From: a virus
Taxonomy: Duplodnaviria > Caudoviricetes
Direction: 5' to 3' (one strand)
IMG/VR virus record: IMGVR_UViG_3300037418_002116
DNA: 64,000 nucleotides
A model generated the notes under the pieces. The model did no database searches, had not been told where the DNA came from, and saw nothing but the letters and a program-made list of their open reading frames with translations. A program made the translations under genes and the position numbers. The stretch's first letter is position 1. Each line of letters opens with the position of its first letter. Positions 26,721 to 35,100 of this stretch are shown in pieces.

Positions 26721-27032
26721 ATGACCATTGGGGACATTATGGTAGATACTTCAAATCCGTTTTTTGGAAAAAAACATACCGCCGCTTCCCGCAAAAAAAT
26801 TAAAGAAAATCATGTCGGCATGACCGGCAAAAAACATTCCCCAGAAACGAAAGAAAAAATGTCAACGGCACACACGGGCCGGAATTGGGTTTACAAAGGA
26901 ATGGTCACCAAATCTATTCCGAGTGAAGAACTGGATTCCTATCTCGAAAGCGGTTGGTTGAGAGGCAGAGCTATCGATAAAAGAGGATCGAAGAGCTACA
27001 TGCTGAAATTTTTGTTCGAAAATTCCCCTTGA
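26721..27032 (+). CDS. NUMOD3-only protein (no nuclease domain)
   Basis: NPFFGKKHTAASRKKI and GMTGKKHSPETKEKMS; likely start ATG 26739. Confidence 0.7.
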   Translation: MTIGDIMVDTSNPFFGKKHTAASRKKIKENHVGMTGKKHSPETKEKMSTAHTGRNWVYKGMVTKSIPSEELDSYLESGWLRGRAIDKRGSKSYMLKFLFENSP

Positions 27033-27057
27033 CATTCATTCATATAACCGATATATT
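27029..27057 (+). promoter_or_regulatory. Sigma70-type early promoter
   Basis: TTGACA-17-TATATT. Confidence 0.75.
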
Positions 27058-27092
27058 AACGTCATAGTCATTGGATTATGAAAGGATTGTGA

Positions 27093-27302
27093 ATGGCTGA
27101 TAAAGGCAACCGGGTTCAGATGGCGCAAATTGTTGCGTTCGCCAACTTTCCCGATTTGAAGCGCTTTCCCGATGAAAACCATATCGTGGTGCGCAAAGAG
27201 TTGAAGCGCAACTTCGGGAACCTCAAGGACCAGTACGAAATGGCAATCGCCAAGCTGGCCACTGAACAGCGCCCTATTCCCATTTCTCTCCCGATGGCTT
27301 AA
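27093..27302 (+). CDS. Hypothetical protein
   Basis: 69-aa ORF with AAGGA SD. Confidence 0.65.
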   Translation: MADKGNRVQMAQIVAFANFPDLKRFPDENHIVVRKELKRNFGNLKDQYEMAIAKLATEQRPIPISLPMA

Positions 27303-27341
27303 AACCCAAACGGGCCTGTAGGTCCATCAAAGGAGTCGAAC

Positions 27342-27710
27342 ATGGCCGAAGATGAAAAGCCGGATAACATGGACTATTATGTTGTCCGTGGTGGAATGTC
27401 GTGGGGTAAGGATGAAAGCCTTCAAACGGCTTTCTTCAATTGGTTCAAAAATGAACGACCGGCGAGGGATGTTAAGGTGGTCATCCACCAAGTTGCCCAA
27501 AGCGCCACAGTCGATGACTTCGGTCGTTTGAACTGGTTTACCAAAGATGGCGAGCCCGTCAAATTGGGTGAAGTCACCGTCACCAAGAAACTCATCGAAC
27601 GATACAATGCCGTCATGACTGATATTGACGAGCTTCTGGTGCCCGTCGAAGATAATTTCGATTGGGATTTGGCGATGCGGGTTAAGGAGGAATCTCATGA
27701 AAAAGCTTGA
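27342..27710 (+). CDS. Hypothetical protein
   Basis: 122-aa ORF with AAGGAG SD. Confidence 0.7.
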   Translation: MAEDEKPDNMDYYVVRGGMSWGKDESLQTAFFNWFKNERPARDVKVVIHQVAQSATVDDFGRLNWFTKDGEPVKLGEVTVTKKLIERYNAVMTDIDELLVPVEDNFDWDLAMRVKEESHEKA

Positions 27711-27873
27711 ACCAAAGGTTGGCGATGTGGTCGCTTTCAACATGTTGCCGGATGCCGCATGGTTCGACGTGCTGGCAATCAATGGCTTCATCATGACCGT
27801 CCGTGAACACGGCACGGATTATGCTGAACAGCGCATCGACAAGGGCGGCGTAAAGCAGATTCGTAAGCCATGA
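27697..27873 (+). CDS. Small SH3-like hypothetical protein
   Basis: ATG 27697 with AGGAGG SD; MKKLEPKVGDVVAF. Confidence 0.65.
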   Translation: MKKLEPKVGDVVAFNMLPDAAWFDVLAINGFIMTVREHGTDYAEQRIDKGGVKQIRKP

Positions 27874-28235
27874 GAACCTATTATGTTTCGGCTTTGGATT
27901 TAACGACCGACGAAGTTCAGCTATATTCCTTCCCCACGCCTCAATATGGGGATAGCCCAGACAAGATCGATGGTGTAGGATTTTACCGCACCATCGTTTC
28001 CCTAAACGCTTTCTTCCATGGTGGCAGTTCTCATTATCGAAACTGGACCGACAAGCGTTTGTTCTCCCTCAAAACAGAACGGGAAGTTGAGTTTGAAAGG
28101 GAAAGAGGACGACTCGAAGGTGGTCCTACCATTCCTTTTTCGAGTCTTTTCGCTTTCTATCGACACATTGGTTACGACTACAAAGCCAAAAAATACACGA
28201 CCGGCGAAAAGCTCCATCCATATTCTAAATTTTGA
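27870..28235 (+). CDS. Hypothetical protein
   Basis: 121-aa ORF with ATGA coupling. Confidence 0.65.
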   Translation: MRTYYVSALDLTTDEVQLYSFPTPQYGDSPDKIDGVGFYRTIVSLNAFFHGGSSHYRNWTDKRLFSLKTEREVEFERERGRLEGGPTIPFSSLFAFYRHIGYDYKAKKYTTGEKLHPYSKF

Positions 28236-28296
28236 TTGACAAAAAGATTCCAATGTGGTACATATTGGATATCTGCAATCTTAATTAAGGAAATTT

Positions 28297-28824
28297 ATGG
28301 ATTATTTGTTTTGGGGATTAATGCTAATCCCATTTGCGTTTGCTGTTGCAGCTAGTGAATATGAGTCCATCGTCGCTGGCCTTGTCTCAATCGTTCTTGC
28401 TGCCGCTTTCTTTTATATCTTCACGGACTACAATCCGCTTCCTTGGATTGTCGCCAACCCCGGAACCGCTGCGATCTACACCGGTTTATATTTTGTGACC
28501 GGTGCGATATATTCCGTCGTGAAATGGCTGTATGTCGTGAACACATCGACGAACAGAATCAAAACGGATTTCGAGAGGTTCAAACTCAATAATCGTGATG
28601 ATACCTCAATCGAAGCCTTCAAAAAATCCGAATACAATAGCCTGAAAGTCTTGAAGAACAAGGCTCGAATCATGGGCTGGCTTGTCTGGTGGGTTCCGTC
28701 TCTCTTCTGGACTGTTACCCATGATCTTTTCCGCAAAATTTGGGATCACATTTACAATATGTTCTCCGGTTTGTACGAAAAGATCGTTTCTCGCAAGATC
28801 GATTCTACGCTGAAAGATTTCTAA
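28297..28824 (+). CDS. Membrane protein
   Basis: Several hydrophobic helices; promoter TTGACA-17-TACATA at 28236-28264. Confidence 0.7.
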   Translation: MDYLFWGLMLIPFAFAVAASEYESIVAGLVSIVLAAAFFYIFTDYNPLPWIVANPGTAAIYTGLYFVTGAIYSVVKWLYVVNTSTNRIKTDFERFKLNNRDDTSIEAFKKSEYNSLKVLKNKARIMGWLVWWVPSLFWTVTHDLFRKIWDHIYNMFSGLYEKIVSRKIDSTLKDF

Positions 28825-28869
28825 TTTTTCTGCTTGACTCTTAAAAGCGAATAGATTATACATATACTC

Positions 28870-29190
28870 GTTGTGATGAAGACGACTGAAAGGTATTCAG
28901 GACTCGGGGGCGGAACCCGACTAGTCCACCACAACCAGATAGAGGGACGAAAGCCCGGCCAATAACACGGCGTCGTATGATGGCTGGCGTTCTATCTGGT
29001 TATGATGGGCTAGAAACAGGATCGACTGGTACGTAATAGGAAGTTGGAGCAACCGGCATTGTACCGCCGTTATCGGGCTAAACACAATAAGAGACAACGA
29101 TAACTTCGTTCCTCTGGCAATCGCTGCCTAATCAGCAGTAGCCAATGAGTTTTGGCGGTTGAACTTGGAAACAGAATCAACCGCCGCTTC
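28870..29190 (+). ncRNA. ssrA: Circularly permuted (two-piece) tmRNA
   Basis: Acceptor piece ends CTAGTCCACCA (28931); coding piece starts GGGCTAGAAACAGGATCGAC (29007); G3-U70 pair; tag frame DNDNFVPLAIAA* at 29093-29131; promoter TTGACT-17-TATACA at 28834. Confidence 0.9.
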
Positions 29191-29207
29191 TATTTTCAGG
29201 AAAAAAT

Positions 29208-29522
29208 TTGAGTAGAATATTAACCAACGGCGCACTTGTGCCGGAAGACAATTCCCATACAGAAATCAATCCGGTCACAGGTCAACAAAAGGCTTATGTG
29301 ATTCTCTCGGAAGACGAACGGGCCAAGGGCTTCGTTCGCCCGCTTCGCAGAAGCTACAAACACACAGTGTGTGGAACCGAAACCACGATGGGTCAAGCCA
29401 TCGCTGAAACCTACGCTCGTAATCCGAAATTTTATTCTGCCACCTTCTGTTGTCAGTGCAAAACACATAAGCCTCTAAACGAATTTCATTGGTCCGGTAC
29501 AACGGAAATTGTTGGATCATGA
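29208..29522 (+). CDS. Phage hypothetical protein with putative zinc ligands
   Basis: HTVCG...FCCQC; TTG start. Confidence 0.7.
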   Translation: MSRILTNGALVPEDNSHTEINPVTGQQKAYVILSEDERAKGFVRPLRRSYKHTVCGTETTMGQAIAETYARNPKFYSATFCCQCKTHKPLNEFHWSGTTEIVGS

Positions 29523-29743
29523 AAAAAGATTTAGACCCAGATTTTTGGGATGACTTCGTTTTCTTGGCCCAATCCTTTGCTTCGATCATGCAAGGCGATG
29601 TTTATGACCATCGCATAAATGGCGCATATGCCATCATGAAAAAATATGGATTGGACGAATACGGATGTCCACCGGAAGACGAAGAAGACGACACGCCAGT
29701 TCCTATGATTCCGGCTAAGAAGCCGAAACAGGCGTTGGATTGA
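29519..29743 (+). CDS. Hypothetical protein
   Basis: ATGA-coupled start at 29519. Confidence 0.6.
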   Translation: MKKDLDPDFWDDFVFLAQSFASIMQGDVYDHRINGAYAIMKKYGLDEYGCPPEDEEDDTPVPMIPAKKPKQALD

Positions 29744-29970
29744 GCGACTTCCTAAATGACTTCGAATCGTTATTCGGAGTCCCTGATAAGCCGAAGCGAG
29801 ACTTCACCAAAGAAGTCCAGACAACCCAAGCAAATCCAGATGCCAAAAAGCTGATAACCATTCGGCTTGATCGGGATATTATAGCTTATTTTCAACAGCA
29901 AGGCGAAGGGTATCAAACCCGTATCAATAATGCCTTGCGGGAATTTATGAATCAACGATTAAAGAAATAA
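29740..29970 (+). CDS. brnA: BrnA-like antitoxin (ribbon-helix-helix), orphan
   Basis: KLITIRLDRDIIAYFQQQGEGYQTRINNALREF. Confidence 0.8.
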   Translation: MSDFLNDFESLFGVPDKPKRDFTKEVQTTQANPDAKKLITIRLDRDIIAYFQQQGEGYQTRINNALREFMNQRLKK

Positions 29971-30359
29971 TGCGTGTAGTCAGTGAGGAAGAGTTCTCTC
30001 AAACGCTTAGGGAACAGCTTTCAGACGATTCTTTTGATGAATTTGGTGTGGTGACCGGGCCGGGACGTTCCGGCGCTGTAGCAGCCGTGTATGCCTCGCA
30101 TTTCCTGCATATTCCATTCATCCCATACGGTGCCAATGCTCCCGTCCATCTTGGCCGATTGCTGATTATCGATACCGCTGAACAGACCGGCAAAACAATC
30201 CGCAAAGCATCACGTCGATATGAAAATGTGCCTCATTCCGTGCACACGCTTTACAAAGAGCCGCCAAGAGTTTGCTTTTGGTATGAAGCTCCAAAGCCAC
30301 AACATTATAAACACGAAAGATTAAATGAACAGCCTACCGAACATTCTGACCAAGGATAG
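29970..30359 (+). CDS. Phosphoribosyltransferase-fold protein
   Basis: VVTGPGRSG and the PRPP-loop-like LLIIDTAEQTGKTI. Confidence 0.55.
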   Translation: MRVVSEEEFSQTLREQLSDDSFDEFGVVTGPGRSGAVAAVYASHFLHIPFIPYGANAPVHLGRLLIIDTAEQTGKTIRKASRRYENVPHSVHTLYKEPPRVCFWYEAPKPQHYKHERLNEQPTEHSDQG

Positions 30360-30561
30360 TTTTTCGAAGGAAGTTGAAAAATTTGTTCTGGAAACCGGTT
30401 CCGATTACATGGATGCCGTATTGCATATCTGTCAAGTGAGAGATATCGAGCCCGAGACAGCCGCCAAGCTTATAAACGCCAATGTCAAAGGTATGATCGA
30501 AAAGGAAGCCAGCGATCTAAACCTTTTGGAAGAGAAACCACAATCACTGGAATTTGAATGA
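30325..30561 (+). CDS. gp33: Late transcription coactivator
   Basis: FSKEVEKFV...YMDAVLHIC...EPETAAKLINANVKGMIEKEA..LNLL. Confidence 0.9.
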   Translation: MNSLPNILTKDSFSKEVEKFVLETGSDYMDAVLHICQVRDIEPETAAKLINANVKGMIEKEASDLNLLEEKPQSLEFE

Positions 30562-31163
30562 TTTCTCCCGAGCGAACGAAACAGATTTTTGTTGCTCTTC
30601 GTTTGCACTTCACCGGCTCATACGACTACATCAAATATCAAGGCAAGACTCGGACCGGACTAAAGCCAGCGGAAACATGGGCAGTCGAAAAGATCGCCTT
30701 CAAATTCCAGAACGAAGAAGCTATTAAAGATTTCTTTGTCGCCAATATGATCGACGGTTTTGTGAAGACCGGAAAAATAGGCTCATTCATCAATGCCTAT
30801 GCCAACAAAGATGCGACAGAAATTTATGAAAAATCGACAAATTGGTATAACGCCTCATACAATCTGACTTCGGATTTGAACAAGTTCGATGGTCTGAAAG
30901 ATTTGACCGTCTGTGTCGATGGCAATCATCCAAAAATTTTCCAAGCGGTTTTGGAAAATGAAATTTCGATTTTCACCATGGCTTGTGTGATGCTATTTTT
31001 AGGTGATCGAATTGTCGATTACTGGACTAAAAATTGTGATGATACAGTATTGTTTGGGGACTATATTCGATTTTTGAAGAAATATGTCCCGCTCATACCA
31101 AAAGATAATGAAAAGATAAAAGAAGCAATCAGTAGTTACAACTATAAACATAGGAATATATGA
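30558..31163 (+). CDS. gp59: Helicase loader
   Basis: ALRLHFT.SYDYIKYQGK; position between gp33 and gp32. Confidence 0.85.
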   Translation: MISPERTKQIFVALRLHFTGSYDYIKYQGKTRTGLKPAETWAVEKIAFKFQNEEAIKDFFVANMIDGFVKTGKIGSFINAYANKDATEIYEKSTNWYNASYNLTSDLNKFDGLKDLTVCVDGNHPKIFQAVLENEISIFTMACVMLFLGDRIVDYWTKNCDDTVLFGDYIRFLKKYVPLIPKDNEKIKEAISSYNYKHRNI

Positions 31164-31429
31164 GAAAATCAAGAATTGAACGCCGTAACGAATGGCGTCT
31201 CGAAAATCGTAAGACCAATGGTGAATCGAACAAACCATGGATTTCGACTGTAGACCCACGCTATGAGCCGGTCGTTGTCAAGAGCAAGACATATGAAGCC
31301 AATGGCAAGCGTGAAGTTGCCCGCCGTCTAAAAGCACCAAAGGTCGTGCTGGATTACGAGATTGTCGGTGTATCTCCAATGAAGGCACCAAGTGGAGAAA
31401 TTTCTGCTTTGCGGGAAAAATTCTCATGA
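31160..31429 (+). CDS. Hypothetical basic protein
   Basis: 89-aa coupled ORF. Confidence 0.6.
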   Translation: MRKSRIERRNEWRLENRKTNGESNKPWISTVDPRYEPVVVKSKTYEANGKREVARRLKAPKVVLDYEIVGVSPMKAPSGEISALREKFS

Positions 31430-31764
31430 ACCTGAACGAATACGCTGAAATGTGTCATAAGGCGAATGCCAAGTGGTGGCCAGAAGACGTTCGAACCCGC
31501 AACAAGGGTGAAGCGATTGCGCTCATGCATTCCGAGCTTTCAGAAGCCTTGGAAGGTGAACGCAAGAACCTCATGGATGACAAGCTCCCGCACCGTAAAT
31601 GTGCCGAAGTCGAGTTTGCCGACACACTCATTCGAATTTTCGATTATTGCCACGCCTTCGGCTATGATTTGGAAGGTGCTTTTCAAGAGAAGATGGCATA
31701 CAACGCCATTCGGGAAGATCACAAACTAGAACAGAGAATGAAAGAAAACGGAAAGAAATTTTAA
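31426..31764 (+). CDS. MazG-like NTP pyrophosphohydrolase
   Basis: ALMHSELSEALE...EVEFADTLIRIFD. Confidence 0.8.
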   Translation: MNLNEYAEMCHKANAKWWPEDVRTRNKGEAIALMHSELSEALEGERKNLMDDKLPHRKCAEVEFADTLIRIFDYCHAFGYDLEGAFQEKMAYNAIREDHKLEQRMKENGKKF

Positions 31765-31771
31765 AATTTCT

Positions 31772-31902
31772 TGACTTTTCACTGTTCTTCTGGTATAAAT
31801 AAAAGATATTATGTCTAGTGTGGTTAAGAAAAAGATATCAACAATACGTCAAAATTATTATGGATAACGTGGATATGACAAAATATAGGATAATAAGAAA
31901 AT
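31772..31902 (+). promoter_or_regulatory. gp32 promoter region and A/T-rich leader
   Basis: TTGACT at 31772 with TATAAATA at 31794-31801 (early/late overlap), then a 100-nt A/T-rich leader. Confidence 0.6.
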
Positions 31903-32778
31903 ATGTCACTATCCCTTTCGGACTTGAAAAAGTCCTCGAAATCCCGTCTCGATAACCTAATCACAAAATCCCAAGCAAATTCCGAACAAGGCGCTAAAGA
32001 CGCTCGCTTTTGGCAACCAACCGTTGACAAAGCTGGCAATGGCAACGCTCTTATTCGCTTCCTCCCTGCATCAAAGGAAGATGGTATTGACGCTCTCCCA
32101 TGGGTGAAGTACTTTGAACACGGCTTCAAAGGCCCATCGGGCAAGTGGTATATCGAAAAATCCCTTACTTCGCTAGGTCAGAAAGACCCCGTTTCCGAGT
32201 ATAATTCTATGCTTTGGAACAAGGGGACCGATGAAGCCAAGGAAATCGCACGTGCACAGAAGCGCAAGCTTGTGTTTGTGTCGAACATTCTGGTAATTAC
32301 CGATCCGGGTAATCCAGAAAACAACGGCAAAGTATTCCTGTTCAAGTATGGTCAAAAGATTTTTGAGAAGATCAAGAATATCATGACTCCGGATGAAGCA
32401 CTTGGTGAAGAACCAAATGATCCGTTCGATTTCTGGACAGGCCAGAACTTCAAGCTTAAGATCAAGAAAGTTGGCGATTTCCGCAACTACGATGACTCTA
32501 GCTTCGCAACTCCATCTGTTCTGTTCAAGAAAGATGAAGAAATCGAAGCCGTCTGGAATTCGCAGTACTCGCTATCGGAATTCCTTGATCCGAAGAACTA
32601 CGAAAATTATGACGATCTTCAAAAGAAGCTTCATGAAGTCCTACAGATTCAGACCGAATCTGTTTCAACGACCGCTGAACGCCTTTCTATGAAGGTTGAT
32701 GCCGAAGTAGCAAGCGCTGATGCAGAAGTCGAAAGCGGTGAAGACGCCGATTTGGACGAAATTCTGAAAAACTTGTAA
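31903..32778 (+). CDS. gp32: Single-stranded DNA-binding protein
   Basis: DARFWQPTVDKAGNG.A.IRFLP, WYIEKSLTSLGQKDPVSEYN, DPFDFW.G.NFKLKI; acidic tail. Confidence 0.97.
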   Translation: MSLSLSDLKKSSKSRLDNLITKSQANSEQGAKDARFWQPTVDKAGNGNALIRFLPASKEDGIDALPWVKYFEHGFKGPSGKWYIEKSLTSLGQKDPVSEYNSMLWNKGTDEAKEIARAQKRKLVFVSNILVITDPGNPENNGKVFLFKYGQKIFEKIKNIMTPDEALGEEPNDPFDFWTGQNFKLKIKKVGDFRNYDDSSFATPSVLFKKDEEIEAVWNSQYSLSEFLDPKNYENYDDLQKKLHEVLQIQTESVSTTAERLSMKVDAEVASADAEVESGEDADLDEILKNL

Positions 32779-32829
32779 TCTCGAAACCTGATTTACTTCG
32801 TTGAAGTAGTCAAGGTAGCCACCGAGGGC

Positions 32830-32863
32830 AAAAGAGGAAGACTTAATTGTCTTCCTCTTTTTT
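32830..32863. terminator. Bidirectional terminator between gp32 and gp16
   Basis: AAAAGAGGAAGAC-TTAATT-GTCTTCCTCTTTTTT. Confidence 0.85.
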
Positions 32864-33340
32864 ATTGTTCAATGCGTCTAGAGTTTGTTCTAGAGTTCCG
32901 GTGAAAACGGCCTTGTCGATGTAGACCTTTGCGTTTCCATTCGTATCCGGCATATAAATTTTTCTTTTTTTCTCGATATACGCCATCTTCGAAGAAAAAA
33001 TATTTACTCGCTTTTCGTTGCCATCGATGATGGTTTTGAGCAAGCCGTTGAGCGCTTGGAAGTCTTTGTCATCTTCCGTGTCAGAGGCTATCTGTGCGGC
33101 CTTTTCAGCCGCCTCTACAGCGATTTCCAAGGCATCTGCTATGTTGCGTCTCGCTTCCTCGAAATCTGCCTGTAGCTGTTGCTCTTCGGCATCCATCGGT
33201 TCCGTGACCGCACCGCCGACACTCACGGGAGCCGGAAGATTTTGTGCTTCCGTTAGGGTTTCCGGTTGAGTGTCCGTTAGGTTTTCGTGTTCCGGTTCTG
33301 GATCGATATCCAAAATTTCATGAATTAATTTTTTTGTCAT
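32843..33340 (-). CDS. gp16: Terminase small subunit
   Basis: DFEEARRNI..., helical core and AVFTG.LEQ C-terminus; follows gp15. Confidence 0.75.
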   Translation of the reverse strand: MTKKLIHEILDIDPEPEHENLTDTQPETLTEAQNLPAPVSVGGAVTEPMDAEEQQLQADFEEARRNIADALEIAVEAAEKAAQIASDTEDDKDFQALNGLLKTIIDGNEKRVNIFSSKMAYIEKKRKIYMPDTNGNAKVYIDKAVFTGTLEQTLDALNNKKEEDN

Positions 33341-34209
33341 TTGTCGGTTCCTGTCACAGGATCATATTTCTTTCCGTCCTGAAACTCTTGAATGGCAGTA
33401 ATGAAGCCATAATCGTCTTCTTTATTTATGTCCTGATATGGGATTGTAAGATTTGGGTCTGATGTGGGTTGGCCATCGCTTGTCAGACCGGGAGTCACCA
33501 TGATACGAGCAACACGCCCATGGGCCTGCATTTCGTCTTCTGTGATTTTTCCAAGGCCGGGTATCGAGTGGAAATCCACCTGAACACGTTTGATCACTCC
33601 TGATTTCTGAATCGGGCCAAAAATCCATCCATCGATTTCGAAGTTGAAGGTAGCAGTCAGCACACGGCGTTCCTTGAAATCGCCATCGTAAATGTCGTCC
33701 ATCGTCGGTGCATCCAACATGTTGACACGAGCATCATATTTGTAGGCAGAGCCCGGAATCAAATCGAGCGTCGTGTTGAAATCACCATTGAAGAATGGGA
33801 CAATCTGTTCCACAATCTGGTATACATCATCCGTGTTAACCGACATTGCATAGAGTTGAAATTTAAATTTCACGGCAACCGGCATGAATTGTGTAAGAAC
33901 TTTGTTTCCATCATCGACAATAGACACCAATTTATGTATGGCATTGTTCTTACGGCTTTCATCGATTGTGAAACCATCGCAAATGAACCCCATGCGAGGC
34001 AATTGTATCTTGACAACTGGATTGTTGGCAGGGTGATCCTTCATCAATGCGTACCATTTTTGCTTTGGAGCATAGGTGATAGGAACCTTTATTTGTTGAA
34101 GTTCCGTTTTGTCAGCCGCCAGACGGGTAATGTAGATTTCATTGAAAATGTTTCCGAACATAATCACGTATTTTCTGGTAGTCGAGTGATAAAAGCTGTG
34201 GCCTAAAAT
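33337..34209 (-). CDS. gp15: Tail terminator / sheath stabiliser (ATT start inferred)
   Basis: KVPITYAPKQKW, LPRMGF, QIVEQIVPFF; AGGAGG-5 nt-ATT TTA GGC CAC = (M)LGHSFYHSTTRKYV. Confidence 0.92.
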   Translation of the reverse strand: MLGHSFYHSTTRKYVIMFGNIFNEIYITRLAADKTELQQIKVPITYAPKQKWYALMKDHPANNPVVKIQLPRMGFICDGFTIDESRKNNAIHKLVSIVDDGNKVLTQFMPVAVKFKFQLYAMSVNTDDVYQIVEQIVPFFNGDFNTTLDLIPGSAYKYDARVNMLDAPTMDDIYDGDFKERRVLTATFNFEIDGWIFGPIQKSGVIKRVQVDFHSIPGLGKITEDEMQAHGRVARIMVTPGLTSDGQPTSDPNLTIPYQDINKEDDYGFITAIQEFQDGKKYDPVTGTDK

Positions 34210-34239
34210 TTTAACCTCCTACTAATTTAAATGGGATAC

Positions 34240-35097
34240 TTACCATTTGAAATCGGTGTTTCTTTTGACGAATGGAGAAATTTCAGAGAAATCTACAACG
34301 CCATCAGCTTCATCAGTGAGAAGCTTGTTGTCCGCTTGTTTGTCCGTATCTTCAACCTGAACGTCTTCATCAATAATCGTGGCTTGGTCTGTATCGTCTT
34401 CCAATTTGATGGAATCGTCATCTTCCGTGGTCATTGGAGAACGCATAAGATCGCCAGAGAACAAATCTTCGATTGAATCGATTTCCGTGTCACCGGTATC
34501 AAGTTTTTCGTGACTGTATTCGAACAATTCACAGAACAATTCGTATGTCTGCAATGAACCACCTTGATAAAAAATGGCGTCGTGCTGTACGAATTTGATT
34601 TCGAAAAGACGCTGGAATGTGGATACCCAGATTAGATCGCCTTCACGGGGACGGTCATAAGGGATATAGTATCCTTCGATATTGCCTTCTTCCATCAAAA
34701 TGCCATTCAATTGGCCGGGCATGTAGCGATTGGTAACCTCTTGCTCCATCGTGTCATCATTTTCCGACATCAGATGTTCCAATCGAACTTCCTCAAAACG
34801 CTTGCGAGATATAGAGAGATGCAATTCATCTTTGATTTGCACATCGAATTTCGACATGAATCGAGCGCCGTCGAATCCTTCCGTATTGTTCGGATAAGCT
34901 TCGATCATCACGGCATCATTGAAGGAATTGACGGTCGATTCCCCGAAAAGATCGTCCAAATTCACGGAAGTACGTGGCAAATAATTTACCCAGAAACCCA
35001 TATTTTTGATAGCACCTATGGTGAGGTCTTCAAACAACTTTTGGGTTGGACCAAAGATGTAGTTGTTAATATATCTATTGGGTGAAAGTGAAGCCAT
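34240..35097 (-). CDS. gp14: Neck protein
   Basis: YLPRT, DELHLSISRKRF, PREGDLI, LFEIKFVQH, CELFEYS. Confidence 0.93.
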   Translation of the reverse strand: MASLSPNRYINNYIFGPTQKLFEDLTIGAIKNMGFWVNYLPRTSVNLDDLFGESTVNSFNDAVMIEAYPNNTEGFDGARFMSKFDVQIKDELHLSISRKRFEEVRLEHLMSENDDTMEQEVTNRYMPGQLNGILMEEGNIEGYYIPYDRPREGDLIWVSTFQRLFEIKFVQHDAIFYQGGSLQTYELFCELFEYSHEKLDTGDTEIDSIEDLFSGDLMRSPMTTEDDDSIKLEDDTDQATIIDEDVQVEDTDKQADNKLLTDEADGVVDFSEISPFVKRNTDFKW

Positions 35098-35100
35098 CTA

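Noticed and set aside
28932-29006. Hammerhead ribozyme in the tmRNA intervening segment
   Set aside because: GACGAAA is present but the CUGANGA core is missing.
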